Assembly (NCBI GenBank): GCA_030038395.1
Contig: JASHOZ010000056.1
Coordinates: 23,607 to 87,606 of the forward strand
Direction of reading: 5' to 3'
Source of the DNA: Nitrososphaerales archaeon
Lineage (GTDB): Archaea > Thermoproteota > Nitrososphaeria > Nitrososphaerales > Gagatemarchaeaceae
Length of the DNA: 64,000 nucleotides
The notes beneath the pieces were generated by a model. It did no database searches and was not told where the DNA came from. It worked only from the letters and a program-made list of their open reading frames with translations. How positions within the stretch are numbered: position 1 is the first letter of the stretch; the number at the start of each line of letters is the position of its first letter. A program made the translations under genes and the position numbers. Of the stretch, positions 48,525 through 57,068 are shown piece after piece.

Positions 48525-49130
48525 TTGCGCGTCCAGATTCTAATAGAATCCCTTCAGAGAAGTGGCATCCTCATGCTCTCAGACCCTACTCTCCCGAGCG
48601 TGGTCAAGCTAGTCGGCGGACCCAAAGTCAAAGGGTCGTGGTGGGGGCATCCGAAAGGGCACGAAATATTCCAGAAGCTTGGGTGGCTGGAGTCCCGCCC
48701 TGACGTGTTGGCCACCCGACTTGTCTCCGGCAAGGTGACCTATCTGCACGAGCGACTTTGGGCCGAGTTTCTCTCGGTCGCGACTTCCAGGGAAGACTGG
48801 CAGACCCGTGGTCTTTCGAGCGGCGAGGGTAGGCTTCTCAGAATGGTGGATGTGCGGGGCGAGGTGAGGACAGACAGGGCAGGTGCCAGATACCGAAGTG
48901 GTGACGCCCGGGAGCTGGAGAGGAGGCTCCTTGTGTCGAGCGAGGAGATCCACACTGAGAGTGGCTCCCACGCCAAGCTCTTGGCGACCTGGTCCAACTG
49001 TGCGAAGGTGAAGGACCTGCGCATACACCTGCCGGCGCCTGAGGCTGCTCGGAGGTCCCTTGAGAACCTCCTAGACGAGCTCAATCAAAGATACTCGGGG
49101 AAGGGGTATCTCCCTTGGCGCGGTGCATAA
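48525..49130 (+). CDS. Hypothetical protein, possibly AlkZ-related winged helix
   Basis: LPSVV...GSWWGHP, RLVSGKVTYLH, ELERRLLV, GSHAK. Confidence 0.6.
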   Translation: MRVQILIESLQRSGILMLSDPTLPSVVKLVGGPKVKGSWWGHPKGHEIFQKLGWLESRPDVLATRLVSGKVTYLHERLWAEFLSVATSREDWQTRGLSSGEGRLLRMVDVRGEVRTDRAGARYRSGDARELERRLLVSSEEIHTESGSHAKLLATWSNCAKVKDLRIHLPAPEAARRSLENLLDELNQRYSGKGYLPWRGA

Positions 49131-49403
49131 ACGTCCTCAGCGCCTCATCAACGATTTGACGTCGCCGGGCTCCGCGCGAGTCGGCAGGACTCGAGATAGG
49201 CGCTGGCGAGTGCCACTGCGTCGCATGGCAGAGGCCCGCGAGGCACTGTTCCACCCGATCGACGCGGCCGAGAAAGGAAGAGGCAACGTCCGAGGCTTCC
49301 GCGCCGGCTCCATGTGAGGAATCCGTGATACCAAGGTGGCGGCCAAGGTGTTCGCAAGGCCCAGTCTCGCGGGACGGCTTTGGGAATTGGCGTACAGACA
49401 GAT

Positions 49404-49904
49404 CTAGAGCACGATGTCGAATGACAGCGTGGCGATCGAGCCCTCACCCAGTCCGACGCGCGCAGTCCCACTGGCTCTCAAGTCGACACTTCCAAGACCT
49501 GCGACGTAATCTCCAACCGTCAACAGGGCGGACGACCAACTTGTATGAAGCGGGAAGTAGACAGTCTGGGAAGTCTGGGGCGCGAAGTAATACTGATGCG
49601 AGGTCTCCCCAGACCCGACGTATCTTCCATCCACATAAATCGAGTAGTTCATCGCTTCCAGCGTCGCTCCGAATCCATATGCGTTGAAAGTATCTGCCTT
49701 CAACGTGAGGTTCAACCCGCCAGGACCAAGAGCCGCTATCTCCACCGCTGAGGAACGAACCTGGAGCTCGCCGATCGCCGGTGCTCCCTGCGCGCCGTAC
49801 GCCCCGTTCGAGACGTGGGCAAGGGCGACCTCCGACGCCGTCCCTAGGACCAAGATGAGCAGCAGCACACCGAGGAGAGCGTTCCCCCCGCGCTGGTAAG
49901 ACAT
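49404..49904 (-). CDS. LEA-2/WHy-like membrane-anchored protein
   Basis: N-terminal TM; N.YGFGATLEAMNYSIYVDGRYVGSG. Confidence 0.65.
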   Translation of the reverse strand: MSYQRGGNALLGVLLLILVLGTASEVALAHVSNGAYGAQGAPAIGELQVRSSAVEIAALGPGGLNLTLKADTFNAYGFGATLEAMNYSIYVDGRYVGSGETSHQYYFAPQTSQTVYFPLHTSWSSALLTVGDYVAGLGSVDLRASGTARVGLGEGSIATLSFDIVL

Positions 49905-50028
49905 CTCCCTCGCTCAGCGGCGGCCTTTCATTAAAGGGTGGCTGACGGACTCGCGCCCCTATGCTTAGGTGGAACGGACGAAGGGAGGTACGACATTCTT
50001 ATCAGGCACGACGAGTCTCGCTGATGGG

Positions 50029-50736
50029 ATGGGTCGAGGATCAACGGTAGCGTGGGTCGGCATCGCGCTGACAATCTTCCTTTTGCCCTTCGTCCAGTTA
50101 GGCTACGCCTCTCAGTCGGGCTACGTCGCTTACAGCGTCCTGACGACTTCCGGAAGGACACAAGAGACTTACTCGATCAACGAGAGTGTTTCGCCGAGTC
50201 CGACGAAGGGGGAGTCCATCCTCTCGATCTATCTGCGCTCAGCCACTACCAACCTCACCGATGCGCGCTTCGTCAACTCCTCGATAGAGGTGTTCCCATA
50301 CGTGCCTGCGGTCTCGAACCTCACCTACACATACAGCAATGACTCTTACGTTGTCACGGCACATGTCGCCGAGGTGGGAAGCTCACGCGCGGCCTTCCAG
50401 GGCATCGCTTTCACGCTTGAGGACTACTCGTTCTATGCGAACGTCTCCAAGGCACAGACGGCTCCCCAGACGCTCAGCGGCAACTTTACCACTCTGCCGT
50501 CTGGACTGATCTACTCCCTCTCCATAGTCTCGAATGACACGAGCGCCGTCGTTACGCTCGTCTCGACTTCGCTACCGCTGGAGGCGAGTTCAGGAGGCAT
50601 CACCACCTCCGCCGCGTCAGCCGGCTTGGGCGTGTCCGCCGTCGTCGGCGCCGTCGCTCTGTCCTTGGGCGTAAGGTCGAAGAGGAGCAAGAACGGGCAA
50701 CAGAGTGGTCAACGGCCGGACTACTGGGTGGACTGA
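50029..50736 (+). CDS. Secreted protein with C-terminal TM anchor (first gene of the ABC operon)
   Basis: Signal peptide, Ser/Thr-rich, several sequons, C-terminal TM plus basic tail ending PDYWVD. Confidence 0.65.
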   Translation: MGRGSTVAWVGIALTIFLLPFVQLGYASQSGYVAYSVLTTSGRTQETYSINESVSPSPTKGESILSIYLRSATTNLTDARFVNSSIEVFPYVPAVSNLTYTYSNDSYVVTAHVAEVGSSRAAFQGIAFTLEDYSFYANVSKAQTAPQTLSGNFTTLPSGLIYSLSIVSNDTSAVVTLVSTSLPLEASSGGITTSAASAGLGVSAVVGAVALSLGVRSKRSKNGQQSGQRPDYWVD

Positions 50737-50785
50737 TCCCACCAGAGCCAGTCAGTGGTGCAAGGAGTCGTCTCGCGTAGAGCAA

Positions 50786-51712
50786 GTGGCAACGCTCGAC
50801 GGAGCCGTGAAGGACTACGGGTCCAAGAGAATCGGGCCGATTTCGTTCACGGTGGAGAGTGGGGAAATCATGGGGTTCCTTGGTCCGAACGGCTCCGGGA
50901 AGTCGACGACGATCAGGATGCTCTTGGGGCTGATTCGCCCGACCTCAGGGAGCGTCAGGCTGATGCAGAAGGACCCCATCAGCCAGCATGAGAAGGCGCT
51001 AGCCGATGTAGGATACTCGCCCGAGCTTCCTAACCTCCAGACCTTCCTATCACCTGCCGAACTGCTGACTCTCACTGGCAGGTTGCGCGGCCTCGACCGC
51101 AGGGCCACCGAGGATGAGATACCCCATCTTCTCGAGGACGTCGGACTCACGGAATACGAGGGCTACAAGATTTCAAGGCTCAGCAAGGGGATGGTGCAAA
51201 GGCTCAGCGTCGCGCAGGCGATGGTCGGGGCACCGAAGGTGCTCATACTGGACGAGCCGACTATCGGGATAGACCCTGCCGGCGCTGTGCACTTCCGTTC
51301 GCTGTTCAGAGAATTCGTGCGGAACGGAGGGACTATCGTAATGTCCTCGCACATCCTCTCCGAGGTGGAGGCGCTCTGCACGAGTCTCGCGGTGATCCAC
51401 TCAGGCTCGGTGGTGTACAGGGGGGAGTTGCAGAAGTTCATCCCTACGTGGGTTGGCTCTAGGACGGTGTCGATAGAACTGGGGGAAGCCGCTGACGACG
51501 GGCTCATCCAGGCGCTGTCGAAAGTCAAAGGCGTGACCAAGCTGACGGCAGAGAAGGCCAACCTGCTGATCGAGGTGTCCAAGGACAGCGATCCCAGGGG
51601 CGAGATTTCGAGGCTGGTCATCGACTCTGGCGCGAAGCTCCTCTCCATGGGCTATTCGAGAGACGAGCTTCAGGACGCGTACGTCAACTCCATGAGGGGG
51701 ACCACCGAGTGA
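50786..51712 (+). CDS. ABC transporter ATP-binding protein
   Basis: GPNGSGKST, LSKGM, LILDEP, SSH; start approximate. Confidence 0.92.
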   Translation: MATLDGAVKDYGSKRIGPISFTVESGEIMGFLGPNGSGKSTTIRMLLGLIRPTSGSVRLMQKDPISQHEKALADVGYSPELPNLQTFLSPAELLTLTGRLRGLDRRATEDEIPHLLEDVGLTEYEGYKISRLSKGMVQRLSVAQAMVGAPKVLILDEPTIGIDPAGAVHFRSLFREFVRNGGTIVMSSHILSEVEALCTSLAVIHSGSVVYRGELQKFIPTWVGSRTVSIELGEAADDGLIQALSKVKGVTKLTAEKANLLIEVSKDSDPRGEISRLVIDSGAKLLSMGYSRDELQDAYVNSMRGTTE

Positions 51713-52554
51713 GGCCAGGCAGGATCCTCGCCCTGTCCCGTTACGAAATCAGGAGGGCGGTGGCGCGGAGGAAGGTCCTCGCGGTCGTCGCCCTGACCAT
51801 ACTGATCGACACGGCCCCGTACTATGCCCTTGCAGCCGCCGGCACTTCTTTGATACCCGCAACCTACCATCCCTTCCTCTGGGTCGTCGGGATTTTCATC
51901 CCACAGGCGTTCTTCCTGCAGTTCATCGCCCTCTTGATCGCGGCCGGCTCCATGTCCGAGGAGTACGAGCAGGGAACAGCGGAGGTGCTCCTTTCGAAGC
52001 CCGTCACCAGGAGGGAGTATTTCCTAGGAAAATACCTCGGAGGCTACATTCTGCTGATGCTCGTCGTCGCTCTCAACGCCGTCCTCACCGTCTCCTCCGC
52101 GACTTTCATCTTCGGCCCCCAGGCAGGGCTGCAGGTCCTCCCGCTGGTGCTGCTCGTACAGGTCTTCTCCGGATTGGTGTTCTACTCGGTGGCCTTCATG
52201 ATAGGCGAACTCGTGAGGAGGTCGTCGCTTTCGTACATCCTGTCGTCGGCCGTCTTTTTCACAAGCCAGATCGTCGGAGTCTATCTGACCGTGATATATG
52301 ACCTGACGGGACAGGCGATGTTCAAGACCGCCAGCCTGTATCTTCCGACTTCCCCGGTCGACTCTCTACCACTGTTGCTTGCCGAGCCCAGGCTCCCTGA
52401 TACGGTGCAGTTCCTGTTCAAGCTGGGAGACGTGGGCGCGGTCGAGACGTCAGCAGTCCTCTCAGCTGTGCTGATAGCTCTCTATTCCGTCAGTGCGATA
52501 GTTATCGCAGTCACGTACTTCTCCAGGGTAGACATCGCCAAGAGGATCACATGA
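51709..52554 (+). CDS. ABC-2 type permease
   Basis: SEEYEQGTAEVLLSKPVTR..YFLGK; 6 TM; GTGA overlap with the ATPase. Confidence 0.9.
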   Translation: MRPGRILALSRYEIRRAVARRKVLAVVALTILIDTAPYYALAAAGTSLIPATYHPFLWVVGIFIPQAFFLQFIALLIAAGSMSEEYEQGTAEVLLSKPVTRREYFLGKYLGGYILLMLVVALNAVLTVSSATFIFGPQAGLQVLPLVLLVQVFSGLVFYSVAFMIGELVRRSSLSYILSSAVFFTSQIVGVYLTVIYDLTGQAMFKTASLYLPTSPVDSLPLLLAEPRLPDTVQFLFKLGDVGAVETSAVLSAVLIALYSVSAIVIAVTYFSRVDIAKRIT

Positions 52555-52740
52555 GCCTGACGCAGGGTTCCGTGCGCTCAAGGGAAAGGTCCACGGATGG
52601 GTTGGGAGCAGCGGCCTGACGCCCTTCAAGTCAGCGGGCGGATTTCGGACTAGCGGCCCAGCCCAATCGCCGTCTCTCGGGCGCTCCACTCCAGGCTCCT
52701 TGAAGAAGAGCACCGGTTCCTGTATGCCGCGAGTTTCGCC

Positions 52741-52887
52741 TCAGTGACGGCCCCAATATACGTCGGCGCTGGCTCCGTGCTCGACCAGGGGTCGTGCGGC
52801 TCGCTTATGAGTGGTTCCACAGCGCTTCAGGTGCCTCGCATACTTCTTCGCAGCAATCAGCTTGCCGCACTTGGGGCATATCGGCAC
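52741..52887 (-). CDS. 48-aa basic C2HC zinc-finger microprotein (C-x2-C-x11-H-x3-C)
   Basis: Manual translation (GTG start): MPICPKCGKLIAAKKYARHLKRCGTTHKRAARPLVEHGASADVYWGRH*. TATA-like TATTTAA about 25-30 nt upstream. Confidence 0.7.
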   Translation of the reverse strand: MPICPKCGKLIAAKKYARHLKRCGTTHKRAARPLVEHGASADVYWGRH

Positions 52888-52941
52888 GGAGGAACCGGCG
52901 CTTCACGTGCTTAAATACTAACCTCGCACGTTTGTTCTCGG

Positions 52942-53373
52942 ATGAGCGAGTCCCTGGACAATACCGGGTCCTCCAGCCTCACCCGGACGACGAGCGGCAC
53001 GGCGACCGGCCCGTTGGATTCTGTCGAGAAGATGATCCCCGCGGTCGACGAGGTCACGTTCTGGCTGCTTGTCAACATCGTCATGTTCCTTTACGTGGGG
53101 CTCGAGGAGCTGGTCCACGGATACGGTCCGGGGAGCCTGCTCTCTGCCGGGGCCGTCGTCATGGCGGTCATCTACATCATGCTGTGGCTGATGGGGAAGA
53201 CGAACAGGAGGATGGCCAACCAGCTAATCCTCGTCCTCTCCGGTCTCGCGGTCCTGGGCGACCTGATCTACATCGCCTGGAAGTGGAACGGCGCCTTCAC
53301 ACCTGACAGCGTGTTCCTTGACCTGGTAGGGCTACTGCTGTTCAGAGCCGCCCACAAGGCGCTAAAGGGGTAG
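52942..53373 (+). CDS. 4-TM membrane protein
   Basis: Hydrophobic helices, GC3 codon bias, TATA TTAAATA at 52911-52917. Confidence 0.65.
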   Translation: MSESLDNTGSSSLTRTTSGTATGPLDSVEKMIPAVDEVTFWLLVNIVMFLYVGLEELVHGYGPGSLLSAGAVVMAVIYIMLWLMGKTNRRMANQLILVLSGLAVLGDLIYIAWKWNGAFTPDSVFLDLVGLLLFRAAHKALKG

Positions 53374-53453
53374 CCAGGGCTCTTCCACGGTCTGCCTAAC
53401 CTAGCGCGTCCAGTCGGACTCGCAGGATGGTGGAGCGGAGCACCTTCGAGATA

Positions 53454-53849
53454 TCACCGCTGGAACAGTTTGATGCCATGCCGTCTCGCGGTCGCCTTGA
53501 GGGCTTCATCGAAGGAGTAGAGGGGGAGCTCCATCCTCCCCGCCGCGGATAGGATGATGAGGTCGTTGTATTCCAGATGGTTCCTCATCCTCGATGTCGC
53601 GAACACGAGGTCGTCCGGGGAGCATGGGACGAATGTCGTCTTCCCGTTAGTCATGTATTCCTTGACTTTCGCGTTCGCCCTTGAGACCGCAATCTTCTGG
53701 CTCCTGAAGAACCACACCAGTTCATGGAAGACCATGCTGGGGAGGCCCCATCCGTCAAGCGAGTCGAGACCAGAAGACGCTTCCATGTGGAACTCGCTGT
53801 CTTCGAACGTGTCGAACACAAGGACGTTGGTGTCGACTATCGCCTTCAA
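53454..53849 (-). CDS. vapC: VapC PIN-domain toxin
   Basis: AIVDTNVLV, VFHEL, YNDLIIL, LYSFD; overlaps the antitoxin stop. Confidence 0.9.
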   Translation of the reverse strand: MKAIVDTNVLVFDTFEDSEFHMEASSGLDSLDGWGLPSMVFHELVWFFRSQKIAVSRANAKVKEYMTNGKTTFVPCSPDDLVFATSRMRNHLEYNDLIILSAAGRMELPLYSFDEALKATARRHGIKLFQR

Positions 53850-54073
53850 GACCCGTGGCCCCTCTCTATCCCTTCCTCGATCCGCTCGATGGTAAGTCTG
53901 GCGCCGAGCTTCCAGGTCTTCCTCCGGCCCTTCGTCGGAGGTCTCACCACGACCAGCTCGCCTTCCTCGTCATATTCAACCAGCACAGAGTCTCCCTTCT
54001 CGATCCTGGCCCTGGTCCTCACCTCCTTTGGGATGGTTACCTGGTAGTTCCTGTTCACCTTAGTAATAGGCAT
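53846..54073 (-). CDS. vapB: AbrB/MazE/SpoVT-type antitoxin
   Basis: TKVNRNYQVTIPKEVR....IEKGD. Confidence 0.9.
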   Translation of the reverse strand: MPITKVNRNYQVTIPKEVRTRARIEKGDSVLVEYDEEGELVVVRPPTKGRRKTWKLGARLTIERIEEGIERGHGS

Positions 54074-54084
54074 ATTATGCCTAT
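54066..54084. promoter_or_regulatory. Candidate vapBC operator: perfect 9-bp inverted repeat ATAGGCATA-T-TATGCCTAT over the antitoxin start codon
   Basis: Seen directly; TATA-like element at about 54098-54105 on the minus strand. Confidence 0.7.
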
Positions 54085-54474
54085 ATCGGCATTAGGGAAA
54101 TATAAGGAGTCTTTCTGCCGGGGTTTCCGTCTCGTCACCCCGCACGGTTGGCATACTCGCTGGAGTCTAGGCTTACAGAGTTTACACTGAGGTAGACGGA
54201 CGAGCTTGCACTGGGAGTGAAGAGCGGGGACGACTCGAACCCGAGGGCGCCTACAGTCGATGGGAATGCTCACTTTGATACCATCGTAGGTTTCCGTCCA
54301 ATCCCAGCAGGCTAGCCTGCGAGCACTACAACACCCCATAGTCAGACTCCGAATGGGGACTCCTCACTCCCAAACGAAAGTGTGTCGGCGCCAATGGAGC
54401 GAAATCCCCTGTCAAGACTCAGGCGCCTGAGAGCAAGAGGAAGATTCATGGGTGGTCATACCCAGGCATGACCA

Positions 54475-54981
54475 ATGGCGAACGAGACTGAGGTGGTGAA
54501 GTTCTCCATTTCAATGACGCCTAGACTCTACACTGGCCTCACGGCTGCTTCGTTGGACAAGGGGACGAACGAGTCGCGGCAGATCGAAACATACCTGCGA
54601 GAAAGCCCAAGCGTCAAGAAGTACCCAGATCTCGTCGAGTCAGAGCCAGAAGCGGGGGCTCATCTCGCAAGCCCGAGAATGAGGGACGACGTCATCAAAG
54701 CAGCATGTCGGGAAGGTAGTGAGAAGCTACTGGAAGCGAGGCTCGTGCAGCAGGGAGTGAAGACTCCCGAAGCAATCCCAGCGACCTCGGCTTTCACAGG
54801 TGTACACTCACTTCACAACTCACGGAACCAACGCACCAGGCGGACACACCCTGTCGGAGCGACTAGGATTCCGACCAAGCCCAGGGTTACGGCCCAAGCC
54901 GGGGCCCTCCTCACCAGGGCGAAGGGAGGTTGCCCGCAGTTGCTAGGCCTTGAAGACGCTTTCAACCCCCGATTCGCGTAG
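54475..54981 (+). CDS. Hypothetical protein with a ribbon-helix-helix-like N-terminus (3' half doubtful)
   Basis: VVKFSISMTPRLY..L.......GTNESRQIETYLRE; inverted repeat abutting the ATG. Confidence 0.45.
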   Translation: MANETEVVKFSISMTPRLYTGLTAASLDKGTNESRQIETYLRESPSVKKYPDLVESEPEAGAHLASPRMRDDVIKAACREGSEKLLEARLVQQGVKTPEAIPATSAFTGVHSLHNSRNQRTRRTHPVGATRIPTKPRVTAQAGALLTRAKGGCPQLLGLEDAFNPRFA

Positions 54982-54993
54982 GCAATGGACGAG

Positions 54994-55398
54994 TCACGGT
55001 CGGTAGTCGCCAAGGGCTTTCCTCATCACGTCGACCTGCTCCCTCATCAGGGCAATCGCGGCCTCTAGGTCTTTGCACGCCTCTTCCTCCTTCGAGAGCG
55101 CCTTCTGAAGGTCGGCGATCTTGGCTGGCGCGTTCCCCATGTCCTGCGTGATTTCGCCAACCGGGGCGTAGTCCAGCCGCCTGGGCATCCCTGAGAACAG
55201 CTCCCGCTGCACCTGGTTGATTTCCGTGAGCTTCGTCTGGTCCGTGGCCGCGAGCCACGAGACTTCTCTCCCAGCTCGCAAGCTCTCGTAGAGCTGGTCC
55301 TGCAGCTTCCTATAGGAGTCCCAGTACCTCAGCCACGCGTCGTTGAAAGAACCGAAAATCTCCGCCAGCCTGGCATCGCGCTCCTCCTTCTTTTCCAA
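54994..55398 (-). CDS. Coiled-coil hypothetical protein
   Basis: Helical heptad character, GC3 bias, AT-rich box about 25 nt upstream. Confidence 0.65.
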   Translation of the reverse strand: MEKKEERDARLAEIFGSFNDAWLRYWDSYRKLQDQLYESLRAGREVSWLAATDQTKLTEINQVQRELFSGMPRRLDYAPVGEITQDMGNAPAKIADLQKALSKEEEACKDLEAAIALMREQVDVMRKALGDYRP

Positions 55399-55568
55399 CT
55401 CGTATCGCGCTGGCGGCCCCTACTAATATGACTTGGCAGCTCATCAACCGTGCTCTCCGTTTTGCTCCCGGGTTCCCCGAGCCGTGGAACGACCATTCAG
55501 TCCTTTTAATAGGGCCCCCATCAACGCTAGTCTATCGGGCGGAATAACGGTAGGGCTGGTGATTTCTA

Positions 55569-55874
55569 TTGAGTTTCGGTCAACGAGGAGGATATGGCAA
55601 TAGGGGAGGGTTCGGAAGAGGGTCCGGGTCCTTCAAGAAGCCCGTTGAGGTCGGGAAGGAGTACAACGTCAGCATCTCCGACACCAGCAGGCGAGGAGAA
55701 GGCATCGCCAAAGTCGACGGATTCATCGTCTTTGTCCCTGGCACTAAGGTCGGCCAGAATGTCAGGATAAAGGTGACACAGGTCTCCGAGCGGTTTGCGT
55801 CCGGACAGGTCGTGGACAGTTCGCCAGCGTCAGCGGCACCCACCTCCGAATCCGGTGGGGCATCAACGAACTGA
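55569..55874 (+). CDS. Single-TRAM-domain RNA-binding protein with an RGG-rich N-terminus
   Basis: KPVEVGKEYNVSI....RRGEGIAKVDGFIVFVPGTKVGQNVRIKV. Confidence 0.92.
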   Translation: MSFGQRGGYGNRGGFGRGSGSFKKPVEVGKEYNVSISDTSRRGEGIAKVDGFIVFVPGTKVGQNVRIKVTQVSERFASGQVVDSSPASAAPTSESGGASTN

Positions 55875-56228
55875 GCTGGGGCCTAGCCGCTGAAGCGTTG
55901 TTGGTCGATCGTGGGTCGACCACCTACCCCTTTTTGTCGCTTCCCGTTTTTGATGATCAACTTCGAAAGTTTGCAAGCGCTCGGCCTCCCGTGAGTGTCG
56001 TGTAGCCCACGGCGCGCAGAGCTGAGTCGGGCTCCGTAGACCTTGTTTAGACAGGGCATTGAGGTTCGGCCCAGCGAAGGCCCCTGTCTCTGATTGGGGC
56101 GCCTAACCCCAGCCAGTCCCCCCTTCAGAAGAAGGCGCAGCGAGGAATGAGCGGGGAGCTGTGGGGAGTACGAGGCTGCAGCATCAGATGAGCTTCCATT
56201 ATTAACGCGCCAAACTGGGAGGGGTGGC

Positions 56229-56729
56229 GTGACGGGGCGGGCGGGGCACAAGGTGAAGATCGCGAGGGAAGTTCCAATCAGGCTCTATCCGCTGACAGAG
56301 TTCTTCCAGGGCCTTGAGGCTGTCAAAGCCCTCAGAGACCTGTTCGGAGACGAGACCGAAGACGTGCTGGGCAGGACGAAGGTGGAGTTCTACTCCTCGC
56401 GCTGGGGATACATGGGAGTGAACGACGCCGACGGCCACATCCTCATCAGCGCACACCACATGAAGCACAGTCCGCAGAGAACGCTCTATCTCGACATCCT
56501 GCACGAGCTGTTTCACCTGAGGCAGCTGAAGGACGGCAAGAAGCTCTTCCTCGACGAGTTCGACTACTTCGACAGCCCCATTGAGATTGAGGCGTACAAG
56601 TTCACCATCAAGGAAGCGAAGCGGATAGGCATGACTGACAAGGAGATAGTCGACTACCTCGAGGTCCCGTGGGCCGACAAGAAGCAACTGGCGAAGTTCG
56701 TCAAGAAGCTCAAGCTGAAAACGAAATGA
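56229..56729 (+). CDS. Small HExxH zincin-like protein
   Basis: YLDILHELFHLRQ ... Y.DSP.EIEAY. Confidence 0.75.
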   Translation: MTGRAGHKVKIAREVPIRLYPLTEFFQGLEAVKALRDLFGDETEDVLGRTKVEFYSSRWGYMGVNDADGHILISAHHMKHSPQRTLYLDILHELFHLRQLKDGKKLFLDEFDYFDSPIEIEAYKFTIKEAKRIGMTDKEIVDYLEVPWADKKQLAKFVKKLKLKTK

Positions 56730-57068
56730 GCGCGGCGTAAGCGATCCTTCCACCACGACAGCCCGTTTCGAAGGCGAGTCCGCTGACCTCCTACGCTCCC
56801 TCCGAGTCGTCCCGGCCACCGGATCTGTCCCGGCTGGCGACCTTGACTGAGCGACCAATCCTCTGCCAGCGAGATGAGCGACCTGTCGAAGTGCGTCGAT
56901 TTCCGAGCGCTCTTCGAGGTCGTCCAACAAGATAGCAAAGTGCATGACCGGCACGCCGCACACTGCGAACGGGCGTCGCGACACCTCCTCGTACTCCATC
57001 CTCGGACACAAACCAATTCAGTCCCACAACGGATTTATCGTCGGCATAAGGAGAAAGCGCGACTCTGA

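Noticed and set aside
54221..54255. tRNA 3'-end-like GGTTCGAGTC on the minus strand
   Set aside because: The T-stem does not pair and no acceptor or anticodon arm can be built
56730..57011. 5' part of minus-strand ORF 56202-57011
   Set aside because: Mostly antisense to the HExxH gene; the free portion has no recognisable motif
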